In this document: one piece after another, positions 1 to 9,476 of the stretch | How the letters are laid out: every line of letters begins with the position of its first letter | Position numbering within the stretch: the stretch's first letter is position 1 | Source: a virus | Taxonomy: Duplodnaviria > Heunggongvirae > Uroviricota > Caudoviricetes | Strand: one strand, 5' to 3' | Virus record (IMG/VR): IMGVR_UViG_2872192773_000007 | DNA length: 42,812 nucleotides | Position numbers and translations under genes: made by a program | The notes under the pieces: model-generated | The model's database searches: none | The model's input: the letters and a program-made list of their open reading frames with translations, nothing else | What the model was told of the DNA's origin: nothing

Positions 1-436
1 ATGAAGCGTGAAGAAATCGCTGATCTGATGGCGTTTGTCGTCGTTGCAGAGGAGCGTAGCTTCACTCGCGCAGCAGCCCGCCTGAGCATGGTGCAGTCAG
101 CTTTAAGCCAGATAGTGCGCCGTATAGAAGAACGATTGGGATTGCGGCTTCTGACGCGAACCACGCGCAGCGTTGTACCCACTGAAGCGGGCGAGCATCT
201 TTTGTCTGTTCTTGGCCCTATATTGCATGACATAGATTCTGCCCTGACATCCCTGAGCGATCTGCAGAACCGCCCATCCGGGACAATACGTATTACTACT
301 GTAGAACATGCAGCAAAAACGATATTGTTACCAGCCATGCGCACATTCCTGAAATCGCATCCTGAAATTGATATTCAGCTTACCATTGATTATGGTTTGA
401 CCGATGTCGTTTCTGAACGTTTTGATGCAGGCGTCC
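1..436 (+). pseudogene. LysR-family transcriptional regulator, 3'-truncated by IS600
   Basis: ORF 1..483 begins MKREEIADLMAFVVVAEERSFTRAAARLSMVQSALSQ (LysR wHTH) and runs into the effector domain. Native sequence ends at 436, where the IS600 terminal inverted repeat starts. Confidence 0.85.
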
Positions 437-479
437 TGAGGTGTACTGGCAATAGCGGACACTACCATTTGTTCTTTTT

Positions 480-1298
480 TTAAGCAGCCATCTGATGATA
501 TTTTTCCCTGAAGGCTGCCGGGGAGATATTCCCCAGACGAGAGTGACGACGCTGACGATTGTAGAAAATCTCAATGTATTCCCGTATTACTGAGATGGCT
601 TCATCCCGGTTATTAAAACGATAGTGGCTCAGGCTCTCATTTTTCAGCGTTCCCCAGAAGCTTTCCATCGGAGCGTTGTCGTAACAGTTACCTTTACGCG
701 ACATTGATGTTTTCAGACCAGACTGCTCCTGTATGACCCGGTAATCGTATGCGCAGTACTGTGAACCTCGATCAGAGTGGTGGATTAGCCCGGCAGGTGG
801 GCGCTGGCTCCTGAGCGCCATAAACAGGGCTTTACCTGTCAGCTCTTTTGTCATGCGCTCTCCCATGGCGTAGCCGACAATTTCACACGTATAAACATCT
901 TTGATGCCAGCGAGGTACAACCATCCCTCCTGTGTGGCAACATACGTCAGGTCCGCCACCCAGACCTGATTTGGTGCTGTAGGAGCGAACGTCTGGTTCA
1001 GCAGATTTGGCGCAACTGGCAGATTGTGGTTCGGGTTCGTAGTCGCTCTGAACTTGCGTTTCTGCTTACAGCGTAGCCTCAGCTCCTTACGAAGACGTGC
1101 CAGTCGGTCACGACCAACGATGATGCCATTCTCTGCCAGCTCCGTCTGGAGCCGCCGGGTTCCATATGTTTCGCGAGTGCGGATATGTGCCACCTTAATC
1201 TCCAGTGTTAGCCGCTCATCACTTTGTTTTCTGTCTGAGGGTTCATGCTGTACCCAGTTGTAATAACCGCTCCTGGATACACCAAATACCTGACACAT
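480..1298 (-). CDS. IS600 OrfB transposase (DDE, rve domain)
   Basis: 272-aa ORF. It has the IS3-family integrase-core motifs (WVADLTY, HSDRGSQY, CYDNAPMESFW). Confidence 0.95.
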   Translation of the reverse strand: MCQVFGVSRSGYYNWVQHEPSDRKQSDERLTLEIKVAHIRTRETYGTRRLQTELAENGIIVGRDRLARLRKELRLRCKQKRKFRATTNPNHNLPVAPNLLNQTFAPTAPNQVWVADLTYVATQEGWLYLAGIKDVYTCEIVGYAMGERMTKELTGKALFMALRSQRPPAGLIHHSDRGSQYCAYDYRVIQEQSGLKTSMSRKGNCYDNAPMESFWGTLKNESLSHYRFNNRDEAISVIREYIEIFYNRQRRHSRLGNISPAAFREKYHQMAA

Positions 1299-1333
1299 CG
1301 CTTCAATGGGAAATTGTTGTCGCCATTGTTCGA

Positions 1334-1636
1334 TTAACGCGTATTTTTCAGCGACTCCTGTGCAAAATACACTGTTGCTTTTTTTAATATATCTCGCTCA
1401 AGGCGAGCTTCATTTAACGCCTTACGCAGTTGCAGAATTTCAGATTCCAGTTCAGCCACCGTGCGGGAACCAGGAGTACCGAGCCCTTTTCTGGCGGCGG
1501 TAACCCATTGTCCTAAAGTGCCTTCAGGAAGGGATAATCGGGAAGCGCCTTCACTGATCGAAAGTTGATTTTCAAGAACCGTTCTGACAGCTTCGGCTTT
1601 GAACTCTTTAGAGTAACGTTGGGTTTTTCTGCTCAT
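1334..1636 (-). CDS. IS600 OrfA (HTH transposase subunit)
   Basis: 100-aa [20 protein letters not shown]... with a leucine-zipper tail. An A7G slippery run lies near the 3' end. Confidence 0.95.
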   Translation of the reverse strand: MSRKTQRYSKEFKAEAVRTVLENQLSISEGASRLSLPEGTLGQWVTAARKGLGTPGSRTVAELESEILQLRKALNEARLERDILKKATVYFAQESLKNTR

Positions 1637-2163
1637 TATTAGCTCCTTCTGATGCCATTCTATTTCAGGAAGGAGTGTCCGTTAAACTCAGGCTACCTCA
1701 CTTATTCTAAGCAACCGGGTAGCATCATACGGGGCAATTATGGCCGCATTACCATACATGCAACTGTACATAGCTGATTACCTGGCTGACACCATGCATT
1801 TGTCAGCAGAGGAGCACGGCGCGTATTTGTTGCTGATGTTCAATTACTGGCAAACAGGAAAGCCAATACCCAAAAACAGGTTGGCAAAAATTGCCCGTCT
1901 GACTAACGAGCGATGGGTTGATGTTGAACCATCCTTGCGGGAGTTTTTTTGTGATAACGGCGACGAATGGATGCATCTTCGGATTGAGGAAGATCTGGCA
2001 TCTGTCAGAGAAAAATTAACCAAAAAATCAGCCGCAGGAAAAGCATCTGTTCAGGCCAGAAGAAGCAGAAAGGAAGCAGATGTTCAAACAAAACAAGAGA
2101 GAAATTTAACAGGTGTTCAAACAGATGTTGGAGTGGTGTTCGAACATGATGCTGGATTTGCCC

Positions 2164-3069
2164 CTATATTTCCAGACATCTGTTATCACTTAACCCATTA
2201 CAAGCCCGCTGCCGCAGATATTCCCGTGGCGAGCGATAACCCAGCGCACTATGCGGATGCCATTCGTTATAATGCTCGAACGCCTCTGCAAGGTTCTTTG
2301 CTGCCGTTAACCCGTCTGGTTTGGGCATGATACTGATGTAGTCACGCTTTATCGTTTTCACGAAGCTCTCTGCTATTCCGTTACTCTCCGGACTCCGCAC
2401 CGCCGTGTTCTTCGGTTCAAGTCCCAACATCCGGGCGAACTGGCGTGTTTCATTAGCCCGGTAGCATGAACCATTATCCGTCAGCCACTCCACTGGAGAC
2501 GACGGAAGATCGTTGCCGAAGCGGCGTTCCACTGCTCCCAGCATGACGTCCTGTACTGTTTCACTGTTGAAGCCGCCGGTAGTCACCGCCCAGTGCAGTG
2601 CCTCACGATCACAGCAGTCCAGCGCGAACGTGACACGCAGTCTCTCTCCGTTATCACAGCAGAACTCGAACCCGTCAGAGCACCATCGCTGATTGCTTTC
2701 TTTCACGGCCACTCTGCCTGTATGTGCCCGTTTCGATGGCGGTACAGCAGGTTTTCGCTCAAGCAACAGCGCATTCTGGCGCATGAGCCGGTAAACACGT
2801 TTGGCATTGATCGCAGGCATACCATCAAGTTCTGCCTGTCTGCGAAGCAGCGCCCATACCCGACGATAACCATACGTGGGCAGCTCTCCGATAACATGGT
2901 GTATACGGAGAAGCACATCCGTATCATCAGTGTGACGACTGCGGCGGCCATCCATCCAGTCATCGGTTCGTCTGAGAATGACGTGCAACTGCGCACGCGA
3001 CACCCGGAGACAACGGCTGACTAAGCTTACTCCCCATCCCCGGGCAATAAGGGCGCGTGCGCTATCCAC
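2164..3069 (-). CDS. insD: IS2 InsD transposase (OrfB)
   Basis: 301-aa [31 protein letters not shown]... with an rve-type core. Confidence 0.95.
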   Translation of the reverse strand: MDSARALIARGWGVSLVSRCLRVSRAQLHVILRRTDDWMDGRRSRHTDDTDVLLRIHHVIGELPTYGYRRVWALLRRQAELDGMPAINAKRVYRLMRQNALLLERKPAVPPSKRAHTGRVAVKESNQRWCSDGFEFCCDNGERLRVTFALDCCDREALHWAVTTGGFNSETVQDVMLGAVERRFGNDLPSSPVEWLTDNGSCYRANETRQFARMLGLEPKNTAVRSPESNGIAESFVKTIKRDYISIMPKPDGLTAAKNLAEAFEHYNEWHPHSALGYRSPREYLRQRACNGLSDNRCLEI

Positions 3070-3392
3070 TTTTTTGCCCGTCCATATTCAACGGCTTCTT
3101 TGAGGAGTTCATTTTTCATCGTTTTCTTGCCGAGCAGGCGCTGGAGTTCTTTAATCTGCTTCATGGCGGCAGCAAGTTCAGAGGCAGGAACAACCTGTTC
3201 TCCGGCGGCCACAGCAGTAAGACTTCCTTCCTGGTATTGCTTACGCCAGAGAAATAACTGGCTGGCTGCTACACCATGTTGCCGGGCAACGAGGGAGACC
3301 GTCATCCCCGGTTCAAAGCTCTGCTGAACAATTGCGATCTTTTCCTGTGTGGTACGCCGTCTGCGTTTCTCCGGCCCTAAGACATCAATCAT
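3027..3392 (-). CDS. insC: IS2 InsC (OrfA)
   Basis: 121 aa counted from [26 protein letters not shown]. The ORF track extends 15 codons further upstream, to 3437. Confidence 0.9.
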   Translation of the reverse strand: MIDVLGPEKRRRRTTQEKIAIVQQSFEPGMTVSLVARQHGVAASQLFLWRKQYQEGSLTAVAAGEQVVPASELAAAMKQIKELQRLLGKKTMKNELLKEAVEYGRAKKWIAHAPLLPGDGE

Positions 3393-4230
3393 CTGTTCTC
3401 CAATGACTAGTCTAAAAACTAGTATTAAGACTATCACTTAAATAAGTGATACTGGTTGTCTGGAGATTCAGGGGGCCAGTCTAGATGCCAACACAAAGGC
3501 AACTAATAAAGATACAGATAAAGATCTAAAAACAGATCTAACCCATCCCAAACCCTTCCCTTCCGGAAGGGAGTTTCGGGATTTTGTGGCTGGAGTGCTT
3601 GAGGGGAGATTATCTGGCGGTACTGCAGCGGAATTTTGTAATTCTGCGGTGGTTGCGTTGCAGGCTGCTGGCCTGGATGTCTGTCGTGAGTATCCGGTGC
3701 CAGAGCGTGGTGACGGTTGCGGAGGGCGGATTGATATCGTCGTGACTGACAGGAACGGTGTCCGGTGTGGGATCGAGCTTGACCGAAATTCTCCGCGACA
3801 GAAATCACTGCTCAAAATCGGTGCTGTTGAAACCGGGATATGTGTCTTGCGGCGCAGTGATATCGCAAGGCACACCGAGCAGGGAATTCTGGTTATCGGT
3901 GGGGCTGTTCGCCAGAAAAAATTTGACCCGTTGTCAGTTGATCTGCCCGACTGGTTGCCAGAAACACTCTGGCATGAGTGGGTCCAGTTCAGGCAGGCAT
4001 TGCGAAAACCGATTCGAACGGAGCTGGGCGCTAACGGGGCGATACGGGAACTGGAAAAATTCCGTCAGCAGGGTTTTACACCTGAGCAGGTGATTCGACA
4101 CAGCATCGCCAATGAATACCAGGGTCTGTTCGCGCCGAAAGGTGTTCGGCCTGAGACGTTGCTCCGACAGGTTAACACCGTCTCGTTGCCGGACAGTGCG
4201 ATCCCGCTAGGCTTCAGGGGGTAACAGACC

Positions 4231-4974
4231 ATGAAAAATATTGCGACAGGAGGCGTTCTGGAGCGTATCCGCAGACTGACCCCACCACATGTAACCGCCC
4301 CATTCAGAACGGTTGCGGAGTGGCGCGAGTGGCAACTTGCTGAAGGCCAGAAACGTTGCGAGGAGATCAACCGCCTGAATCGTCAGTTGCGGGTGGAAAA
4401 AATCCTCCGCTCCGGCATCCAGCCGTTGCACCGGAAGTGTTCGTTTGCGAATTACCGGGCGCAGAACGACGGTCAGCGACATGCACTGAGTCAGGCGAAA
4501 TCCATAGCTGACGAACTGATGACAGGCTGTACGAATTTTGTGTTCAGCGGTAAGCCCGGCACCGGAAAAAATCATCTTGCAGCCGCGATTGGCAACCGGC
4601 TGATGGCGAAGGGGCGTAGCGTGATTATCGTCACCGTGTCCGATGTCATGAGCGTGTTGCATGAGAGCTACGACAACGGCAAATCCGGTGAAAAATTTTT
4701 ACAGGAGCTTTGTGGTGTTGACCTGCTGGTCCTGGATGAAATTGGCATGCAGCGGGATACGAAAAACGAGCAGGTGGTACTGAACCAGATTGTTGATCGC
4801 CGGACGGCATCGTTACGCGGTGTGGGGATGCTGACAAATATTAACCATGCAGCGATGAATACACTTCTCGGCGAGCGGGTGATGGATCGCATGGTCATGA
4901 ACGGCGGGCGCTGGGTTAATTTTAACTGGGAGAGCTGGCGTCCGAATGTTAGCCATTCGAGGGTTGTTAAGTAG
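4231..4974 (+). CDS. ydaV: DnaC/IstB-like replicative helicase loader (Rac YdaV-like)
   Basis: 247 aa with Walker A GKPGTGKNHLAAAIG and Walker B LLVLDEIG. It sits immediately downstream of the ydaU-like gene, with an AGGGGG RBS. Confidence 0.9.
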   Translation: MKNIATGGVLERIRRLTPPHVTAPFRTVAEWREWQLAEGQKRCEEINRLNRQLRVEKILRSGIQPLHRKCSFANYRAQNDGQRHALSQAKSIADELMTGCTNFVFSGKPGTGKNHLAAAIGNRLMAKGRSVIIVTVSDVMSVLHESYDNGKSGEKFLQELCGVDLLVLDEIGMQRDTKNEQVVLNQIVDRRTASLRGVGMLTNINHAAMNTLLGERVMDRMVMNGGRWVNFNWESWRPNVSHSRVVK

Positions 4975-4988
4975 TTTCAGGAGGATTT

Positions 4989-5411
4989 ATGGCGAAACCT
5001 TTTACTCCCGAACAGCGGGAAGAACTGAAGACGCGAATTGTGGAACTCGTGCATCAGGACGGTCGGGTCACGATTCGGCAGTTGTCCGATGAAACAGGTA
5101 TCAGTCGTGCGTCTGTCGGTCGCTTATGCATAGAACTGGTCGCAAGTGGTGATGTATATAATTCTGGCTACGGCTTATTCCCGTCTGAACAGGCTCGCAA
5201 GGACTGGCAAAGCGCCCGCAAAAAACTCTCGAGAGTAAAGGTGAGGAAACCGGTTGTTGTTGATCCGGACCTTATCTGGTCATTACCTGACGGAGAAATA
5301 CGCCGCTACGACAGGCGCCTGAATATAATCTGTCGCGAGTGCCGGAAGAGCGAAGCTATGCAGCGTGTACTGGCTTTCTATCAGGGTAATTTTCAGGAGG
5401 CGATACTGTGA
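4989..5411 (+). CDS. Hypothetical phage protein with predicted winged-HTH
   Basis: 140-aa ORF starting 14 nt after ydaV, with RBS AGGAGG. It has an HTH-like segment, VTIRQLSDETGISRASVGRLCIELV. Confidence 0.6.
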   Translation: MAKPFTPEQREELKTRIVELVHQDGRVTIRQLSDETGISRASVGRLCIELVASGDVYNSGYGLFPSEQARKDWQSARKKLSRVKVRKPVVVDPDLIWSLPDGEIRRYDRRLNIICRECRKSEAMQRVLAFYQGNFQEAIL

Positions 5412-5468
5412 ATGAAATTAGCTATCAGGCTTCAATTACCGCTGGCATTCGCATCAAAGGAGAGGAGC

Positions 5469-5825
5469 ATGGAAATAAAACCAGAAGATGAGTTAAGCAA
5501 TATCGTTTTATTTCCGATAAAAGAGGATGACCCTCGTAATCAGGTTAATTTTCTTTATAAGCCATCGGAAAGACCATATTGCCATCACGCCTCTGTACGG
5601 GTTGACGAAAAAGAGCGTCAGGTCCGCTGTAAAATCTGCGGTGCGGTTGTGGAGCCGTTTGACTGGATGCTCTCTGTGGCAAAAAGAGAAACCAGACTGG
5701 CAGATGATGTAAGGCTATTGCGCCAGGAGGAACAGGAAAGGCGGAGAAATATAGAAAAGCTGATACAGATTGAGCGTAACGCGAAAGCGCGGATACGCAG
5801 GGCGACAAAATCCAGAACTGAATAA
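5469..5825 (+). CDS. Hypothetical phage protein (CxxC plus basic coiled-coil tail)
   Basis: The ORF is open from 5412. The internal ATG at 5469 is preceded by the strong RBS AAAGGAGAGGAG. Contains the motif CKICGAVVEPFDW. Confidence 0.55.
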   Translation: MEIKPEDELSNIVLFPIKEDDPRNQVNFLYKPSERPYCHHASVRVDEKERQVRCKICGAVVEPFDWMLSVAKRETRLADDVRLLRQEEQERRRNIEKLIQIERNAKARIRRATKSRTE

Positions 5826-5917
5826 TTAAATTTAGCACTGTTAAAAATTTAATCCTTAACCGGAGGGATTTCTGCACCCTCAAATCATCAGGAGACCGCC
5901 CGAAAGGGCGGTAATGA

Positions 5918-6136
5918 ATGGTTACATTATTTAGAAAAAAATATCCGCGAAAGAGTAGAACAACAGAATTCCTGTTTCTCATTCTGTTTATCGTGTTGAT
6001 GACACCGATATCCCCGCAAATTTTTGTCTGGATAATCGGAAAAATAATTGAGCCAGTTATTGAATTGTATAACGACGTGGTATGGGCGTCATTCAACACA
6101 CTGCACAATAAAATTAATCCGTATAAGGAAAGCTGA
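5918..6136 (+). CDS. Hypothetical small membrane protein (one TM helix)
   Basis: 72-aa ORF with the hydrophobic stretch FLFLILFIVLMTPISPQIFVWIIG. It is visibly AT-rich and its stop lies 1 nt before the HNH start. The RBS is weak. Confidence 0.35.
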   Translation: MVTLFRKKYPRKSRTTEFLFLILFIVLMTPISPQIFVWIIGKIIEPVIELYNDVVWASFNTLHNKINPYKES

Positions 6137-6137
6137 T

Positions 6138-6503
6138 ATGGCACTGACGAAAAAACAACGTGCAGAACTGCGCATGAAGTTCGGTGGTCGCTGCGCTTAT
6201 TGCGGCTGCGAACTTGGCGAAAAGTGGCATGCAGACCATGTAAAACCGGTCATTCGTTTTGATGGAAATATGCTTCACCAGGAACGTGACGATATATCCA
6301 ACATGGTACCAGAATGCCACCCATGCAATCTGCACAAGCATTGCAGTAGCCTGGAAGATTATCGACGAATTATCAGTGATGGTCGTCGTGAATTCCTTGC
6401 GTCCGGGAAAGGCAAAGCGCTGGTTCGTATGGGATTGGTTGAAATGAAATCTGACCCGGTTGTGTTCTGGTTTGAAAAATATCAAGAAGGGGCTACGGCA
6501 TGA
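6138..6503 (+). CDS. HNH endonuclease
   Basis: 121 aa from ATG 6138 (RBS AAGGAAAG). The motifs CAYCG ... HADHVKP ... CHPCNLHK fit the HNH/zinc-finger nuclease family. Confidence 0.8.
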   Translation: MALTKKQRAELRMKFGGRCAYCGCELGEKWHADHVKPVIRFDGNMLHQERDDISNMVPECHPCNLHKHCSSLEDYRRIISDGRREFLASGKGKALVRMGLVEMKSDPVVFWFEKYQEGATA

Positions 6504-7165
6504 CTACTATTACCAAAGAGCGACTGCAATGGCTGGCTAACATTTCTGGCCGCGATGATATTGACGATATAGACGGCGGTGAAATTCGTGAACTGGCGCT
6601 TATCGCTCTGGCATCACTGGAAGCAGAGCCTGTAGCGGAATGCATTGTTGAAGATGGGGGCATGTGTATTGACGGGTTCGGTGAGTATGTGGGTCACTCG
6701 CTGCCTGATGGAATGCATGAGCTTTATGCTGCCCCGCGAATGCGACAACCTGATGGATGGAAAGCCGTAGCTGTAGCGTGGAAGGTGACGTTTACTCAAG
6801 TTGACCAGGAATCTAATACGTTCACTGCTATATATTTTTACAAAGCGGAAGTTGAGCGTTGGGTACGACTGCATAAAGCATGTGATTTTCGGGCAGATAT
6901 AACACCGCTTTACGCAGCGCCGGCAGTGCCGGTTGCAGTAAACGACGACATGGCTTACGCATTCCATCACGCACTGTCAGATTCATCGCTTGGCTCTGAT
7001 GAAATCGAAGAAATTAAAACCGGTTTGCGTGCTGCCTTTGCCAACGTCACTATCCAACCAGAGCCGATAGTGCCGGATGAAATCGGGCCAAACGATAGTA
7101 ATACGTTTGATTATGTTGATGGCTGGAACGCCTGCCGCGCTGCCATGCTTAAGGGAGATAAATAA
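6500..7165 (+). CDS. Hypothetical acidic phage protein
   Basis: 221-aa ORF whose start overlaps the HNH stop (ATGA). It lies in the same operon-like run of nin-region genes. Confidence 0.6.
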   Translation: MTTITKERLQWLANISGRDDIDDIDGGEIRELALIALASLEAEPVAECIVEDGGMCIDGFGEYVGHSLPDGMHELYAAPRMRQPDGWKAVAVAWKVTFTQVDQESNTFTAIYFYKAEVERWVRLHKACDFRADITPLYAAPAVPVAVNDDMAYAFHHALSDSSLGSDEIEEIKTGLRAAFANVTIQPEPIVPDEIGPNDSNTFDYVDGWNACRAAMLKGDK

Positions 7166-7530
7166 TGATTAATCGAACCAAACTGGAGCACATTCTCGAA
7201 TATGCCAGGCAGCAGAAATGTATTGGGCAACTTTGTAAAATTCCACCAGGAGATATGGTTGAAATCGTGGAAATGGCCATGCGTAAGGCTGGCAACTCTC
7301 CGGTAACTCTGGCTGGCTGGATAAGCTGTAGTGATGCAGTTCCTGCTGAATATTGCGATGTGATTCTTCTCGATGATCTCGGGAATGTATTCCCCGGTTC
7401 CTGGGATAAGGTTTTTTGCCCCACTCGTGGCGGGAATAAGATGGCTTTTGTGGACAAAGACGGCGTTGAAGTAGAGAGCTCAACTCACTGGATGCCGCTA
7501 CCGGAACCACCGCAGGAGGTGAATCAATGA
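7165..7530 (+). CDS. DUF551-type phage protein
   Basis: 121 aa with the C-terminal motif HWMPLPEPP typical of DUF551. Its start overlaps the previous stop. Confidence 0.7.
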   Translation: MINRTKLEHILEYARQQKCIGQLCKIPPGDMVEIVEMAMRKAGNSPVTLAGWISCSDAVPAEYCDVILLDDLGNVFPGSWDKVFCPTRGGNKMAFVDKDGVEVESSTHWMPLPEPPQEVNQ

Positions 7531-7610
7531 CCTGGCCTGAGGCATTCACCACGGTAGGAATTGCGATGGCGGTGGCGCTGGTGGTGTATTCGATTTGCCG
7601 TTGGGGTTAA
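7527..7610 (+). CDS. Small hydrophobic peptide (27 aa)
   Basis: ATGA overlap with the DUF551 stop. It translates to MTWPEAFTTVGIAMAVALVVYSICRWG and is followed directly by a terminator. Confidence 0.4.
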   Translation: MTWPEAFTTVGIAMAVALVVYSICRWG

Positions 7611-7615
7611 CAAAC

Positions 7616-7646
7616 AAAAACCCCGGATTGATGGTCCGGGGTTTTT
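7616..7646 (+). terminator. Rho-independent terminator
   Basis: Stem AAAAACCCCGGA / TCCGGGGTTTTT with a 7-nt loop and a T-run. Confidence 0.8.
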
Positions 7647-7867
7647 GAAGGAAACAAAACAGAAACAGCAATTGCCGTTACCTGTTGTTACCATGGCAAG
7701 TAAACGTATCTCAGGCGAGCGCATTGCGCCGTTCTGACGCAGATAAATTAGCCTGGATAGAAGGTGCTGGCAATAAAAAATAGCGTTTTCTTATCGGTAT
7801 CGGTAAGATTGCTGCGGGTGCTTGAGGCTGTCTGCCTCGGGCATGCCACTGTAAGGCAGACAGAGAA

Positions 7868-7936
7868 AAGCCCCAGTTAACATTACGCGTCCTGCAAGAC
7901 GCTTAACATTAATCTGAGGCCCAATCTATGTCTCAC
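7868..7936 (-). ncRNA. sok: Sok-like antisense RNA of the hok module (approximate ends)
   Basis: A minus-strand promoter TTGCCT (7966-7971), 17-nt spacer, TAACCT (7943-7948) points into the mok start region. The antisense transcript would end at a hairpin followed by GGGGCUUUUCU. This is the same architecture as R1 hok/sok as I recall it. Confidence 0.5.
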
Positions 7937-8140
7937 AAATGTAGGTTAGCCTCTTACGTGCCGAAAGGCAAGGAGAAGCAGGCTATGAAGCAGCAAAAGG
8001 CGATGTTAATCGCCCTGATCGTCATCTGTTTAACCGTCATAGTGACGGCACTGGTAACGAGGAAAGACCTCTGCGAGGTACGAATCCGAACCGGCCAGAC
8101 GGAGGTCGCTGTCTTCACAGCTTACGAACCTGAGGAGTAA
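7928..8140 (+). CDS. mok: Mok (modulator of killing) reading frame
   Basis: 70-aa ORF that starts 19 codons upstream of hok and is in frame with it, as in chromosomal mokC/hokC. Confidence 0.6.
   Translation: MSHKCRLASYVPKGKEKQAMKQQKAMLIALIVICLTVIVTALVTRKDLCEVRIRTGQTEVAVFTAYEPEE
7985..8140 (+). CDS. hok: Hok/Gef-family membrane toxin (type I TA)
   Basis: 51 aa: MKQQKAMLIALIVICLTVIVTALVTRKDLCEVRIRTGQTEVAVFTAYEPEE, the Hok/Gef signature. The mRNA 5' GCGGGTGCTTGAGG (7814-7827) is complementary to the 3' CCTCAACGCACCCGC (8190-8204), which is a fold-back (tac/fbi) pairing. Confidence 0.9.
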   Translation: MKQQKAMLIALIVICLTVIVTALVTRKDLCEVRIRTGQTEVAVFTAYEPEE

Positions 8141-8207
8141 GAGACCAGGCGGGGGAGAAATCCCTCGCCACCTCTCATGTGTCAGGCATCCTCAACGCAC
8201 CCGCACT

Positions 8208-8230
8208 AAACCCGCTTCGGCGGGTTTTTT
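8208..8230 (+). terminator. Rho-independent terminator of hok mRNA
   Basis: AAACCCGC-TTCG-GCGGGTTTTTT. Confidence 0.85.
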
Positions 8231-8376
8231 GTTGCGTGCTGAATACGCAGGGTGAAAAATAACCATATATTTGATTATATACACAACAAAAAATAAAAGT
8301 CATTGTACTTGCACATTAAACAATCAAATATACGGCGTGAAATAAATATTTATCAGATTAATATTTTTGTCTCTAT

Positions 8377-8628
8377 GTGGATATAACCGTTTGTACTTAT
8401 AAACCTGGGGGCATCGTGGAAAAAATAAAGAAACTATTTAGTAGCAAATACGCAGTCATACGTCGTGATGACCTGTCAGTTATAGTCGAAATGGATTACT
8501 TCCCTGAAACCCCAAAATCAATAATGTATCGTAATGGTCGAAAGGCAATTTTTTTACCGATGAGGGTAAGTGACATTATGGGAAATGATAAACTGCTGGA
8601 TGAATTGCGAGTCAGAGCATCCTGTTAG
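8377..8628 (+). CDS. Hypothetical AT-rich moron-like ORF
   Basis: 83-aa ORF with a GTG start (an alternative GTG lies at VEKIKK). It sits in a markedly AT-rich stretch. No motif recognised. Confidence 0.3.
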   Translation: MDITVCTYKPGGIVEKIKKLFSSKYAVIRRDDLSVIVEMDYFPETPKSIMYRNGRKAIFLPMRVSDIMGNDKLLDELRVRASC

Positions 8629-8645
8629 TAGGTAATGACTCCAAC

Positions 8646-9149
8646 TTACTGATAGTGTTTTATGTTCAGATAATGCCCGATGACCTTGTCATGCAGCTCC
8701 ACCGATTTTGAGAACGACAGTGACTTCCGTACCAGCCTTGCCAGATGTTGTCTCAGATTCAGATTATGTCGCTCAATGCGCTGAGTGTAACGCTTGCTGA
8801 TAACGTGCAGCTTTCCCTTCAGGCGTGATTCATACAGCGGACAGCCATCCGTCATCCATACCACGACCTCAAAGGCCGACAGCAGGCTCAGAAGACGCTC
8901 CAGTGTGGCCAGAGTGCGTTCACCGAAGACGTGCGCCACAACCGTCCTCCGTATCCTGTCATACGCGTAAAACAGCCAGCGCTGACGTGATTTAGCACCG
9001 ACGTAGCCCCAATGTTCGTCCATTTCAGCGCAGACAATCACATCACTGCCCGGTTGTATGCGCGAGGTTACCGACTGCGGCCTGAGTTTTTTAAGTGACG
9101 TAAAACCGTGTTGAGGCCAACGCCCATAATGCGTGCACTGGCGCGACAT
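8646..9149 (-). CDS. insB: IS1 InsB
   Basis: 167-aa ORF, identical to the copy at 16643..17146. Confidence 0.9.
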   Translation of the reverse strand: MSRQCTHYGRWPQHGFTSLKKLRPQSVTSRIQPGSDVIVCAEMDEHWGYVGAKSRQRWLFYAYDRIRRTVVAHVFGERTLATLERLLSLLSAFEVVVWMTDGCPLYESRLKGKLHVISKRYTQRIERHNLNLRQHLARLVRKSLSFSKSVELHDKVIGHYLNIKHYQ

Positions 9150-9343
9150 CCGACGCCATTCATGGCCATATCAATGATTTTCTGGTGCGTACCGGGCTGA
9201 GAGGCGGTGTAAGTGAACTGTAGTTGCCATGTTTTACGGCAATGAGAGCAGAGATAGCGCTGATGTCCGGCAGTGCTTTTGCCGTTACGCACCACGCCTT
9301 CAGTAGCGGAGCAGGAAGGACATCTGATGGAAATGGAAGCCAC
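9068..9343 (-). CDS. insA: IS1 InsA
   Basis: 91-aa [42 protein letters not shown], with a zinc finger and an HTH. Confidence 0.9.
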   Translation of the reverse strand: MASISIRCPSCSATEGVVRNGKSTAGHQRYLCSHCRKTWQLQFTYTASQPGTHQKIIDMAMNGVGCRASARIMGVGLNTVLRHLKNSGRSR

Positions 9344-9476
9344 GCAAGCACCTTAAAATCACCATCATACACTAAATCAGTAAGTTGGCAGCATTACCCT
9401 GTTAGTATTGGCATTAATTCTGGTATACTACATAACGGGCTGAACACCCATTCTACTGCGCCAGCGGAGAACTACG

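Larger units (their letters stand above)
437..1700 (-). mobile_element. IS600 (IS3 family), complete 1264-bp copy
   Basis: Ends are TGAGGTGTACTGGCAATAGCGGACAC ... GTGTCCGTTAAACTCAGGCTACCTCA, with orfA+orfB inside. It is the same 1264-bp unit as at 11241, 29862 and 41060. The flanking triplets differ (TCC vs CTT), so there is no target duplication. Confidence 0.95.
2153..3483 (-). mobile_element. IS2, complete 1331-bp copy with 5-bp target duplication GATGC
   Basis: Ends are TGGATTTGCCCCTATATTTCCAGACA ... TGGAGATTCAGGGGGCCAGTCTA. GATGC is present at 2148-2152 and again at 3484-3488. insC and insD lie inside. Confidence 0.95.
1740..4224 (+). pseudogene. ydaU: Rac YdaU-like phage replication protein (DUF1376 N-terminus), interrupted by IS2
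   Basis: The N-terminus is MAALPYMQLYIADYLADTMHLSAEEHGAYLLLMFNYW. The frame is cut at 2152 and resumes in frame at 3489, after the 5-bp duplication GATGC, running to stop 4224. The rebuilt product is about 382 aa. Confidence 0.8.
8631..9398 (-). mobile_element. IS1, complete 768-bp copy with 9-bp target duplication CTGTTAGTA
   Basis: Ends are GGTAATGACTCCAACTTACTGAT ... ATCAGTAAGTTGGCAGCATTACC. CTGTTAGTA is present at 8622-8630 and again at 9399-9407. Confidence 0.95.

Noticed and set aside
3468-3875. 135-aa and 101-aa minus-strand ORFs
   Set aside because: They are antisense to the in-frame continuation of the ydaU-like gene, and one starts inside the IS2 terminal repeat.
5545-6144. 199-aa minus-strand ORF
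   Set aside because: It runs antisense across the 5469-5825 gene and the AT-rich spacer. It has low-complexity Ile/Leu/Asn-rich composition typical of AT-rich antisense frames, and no RBS.
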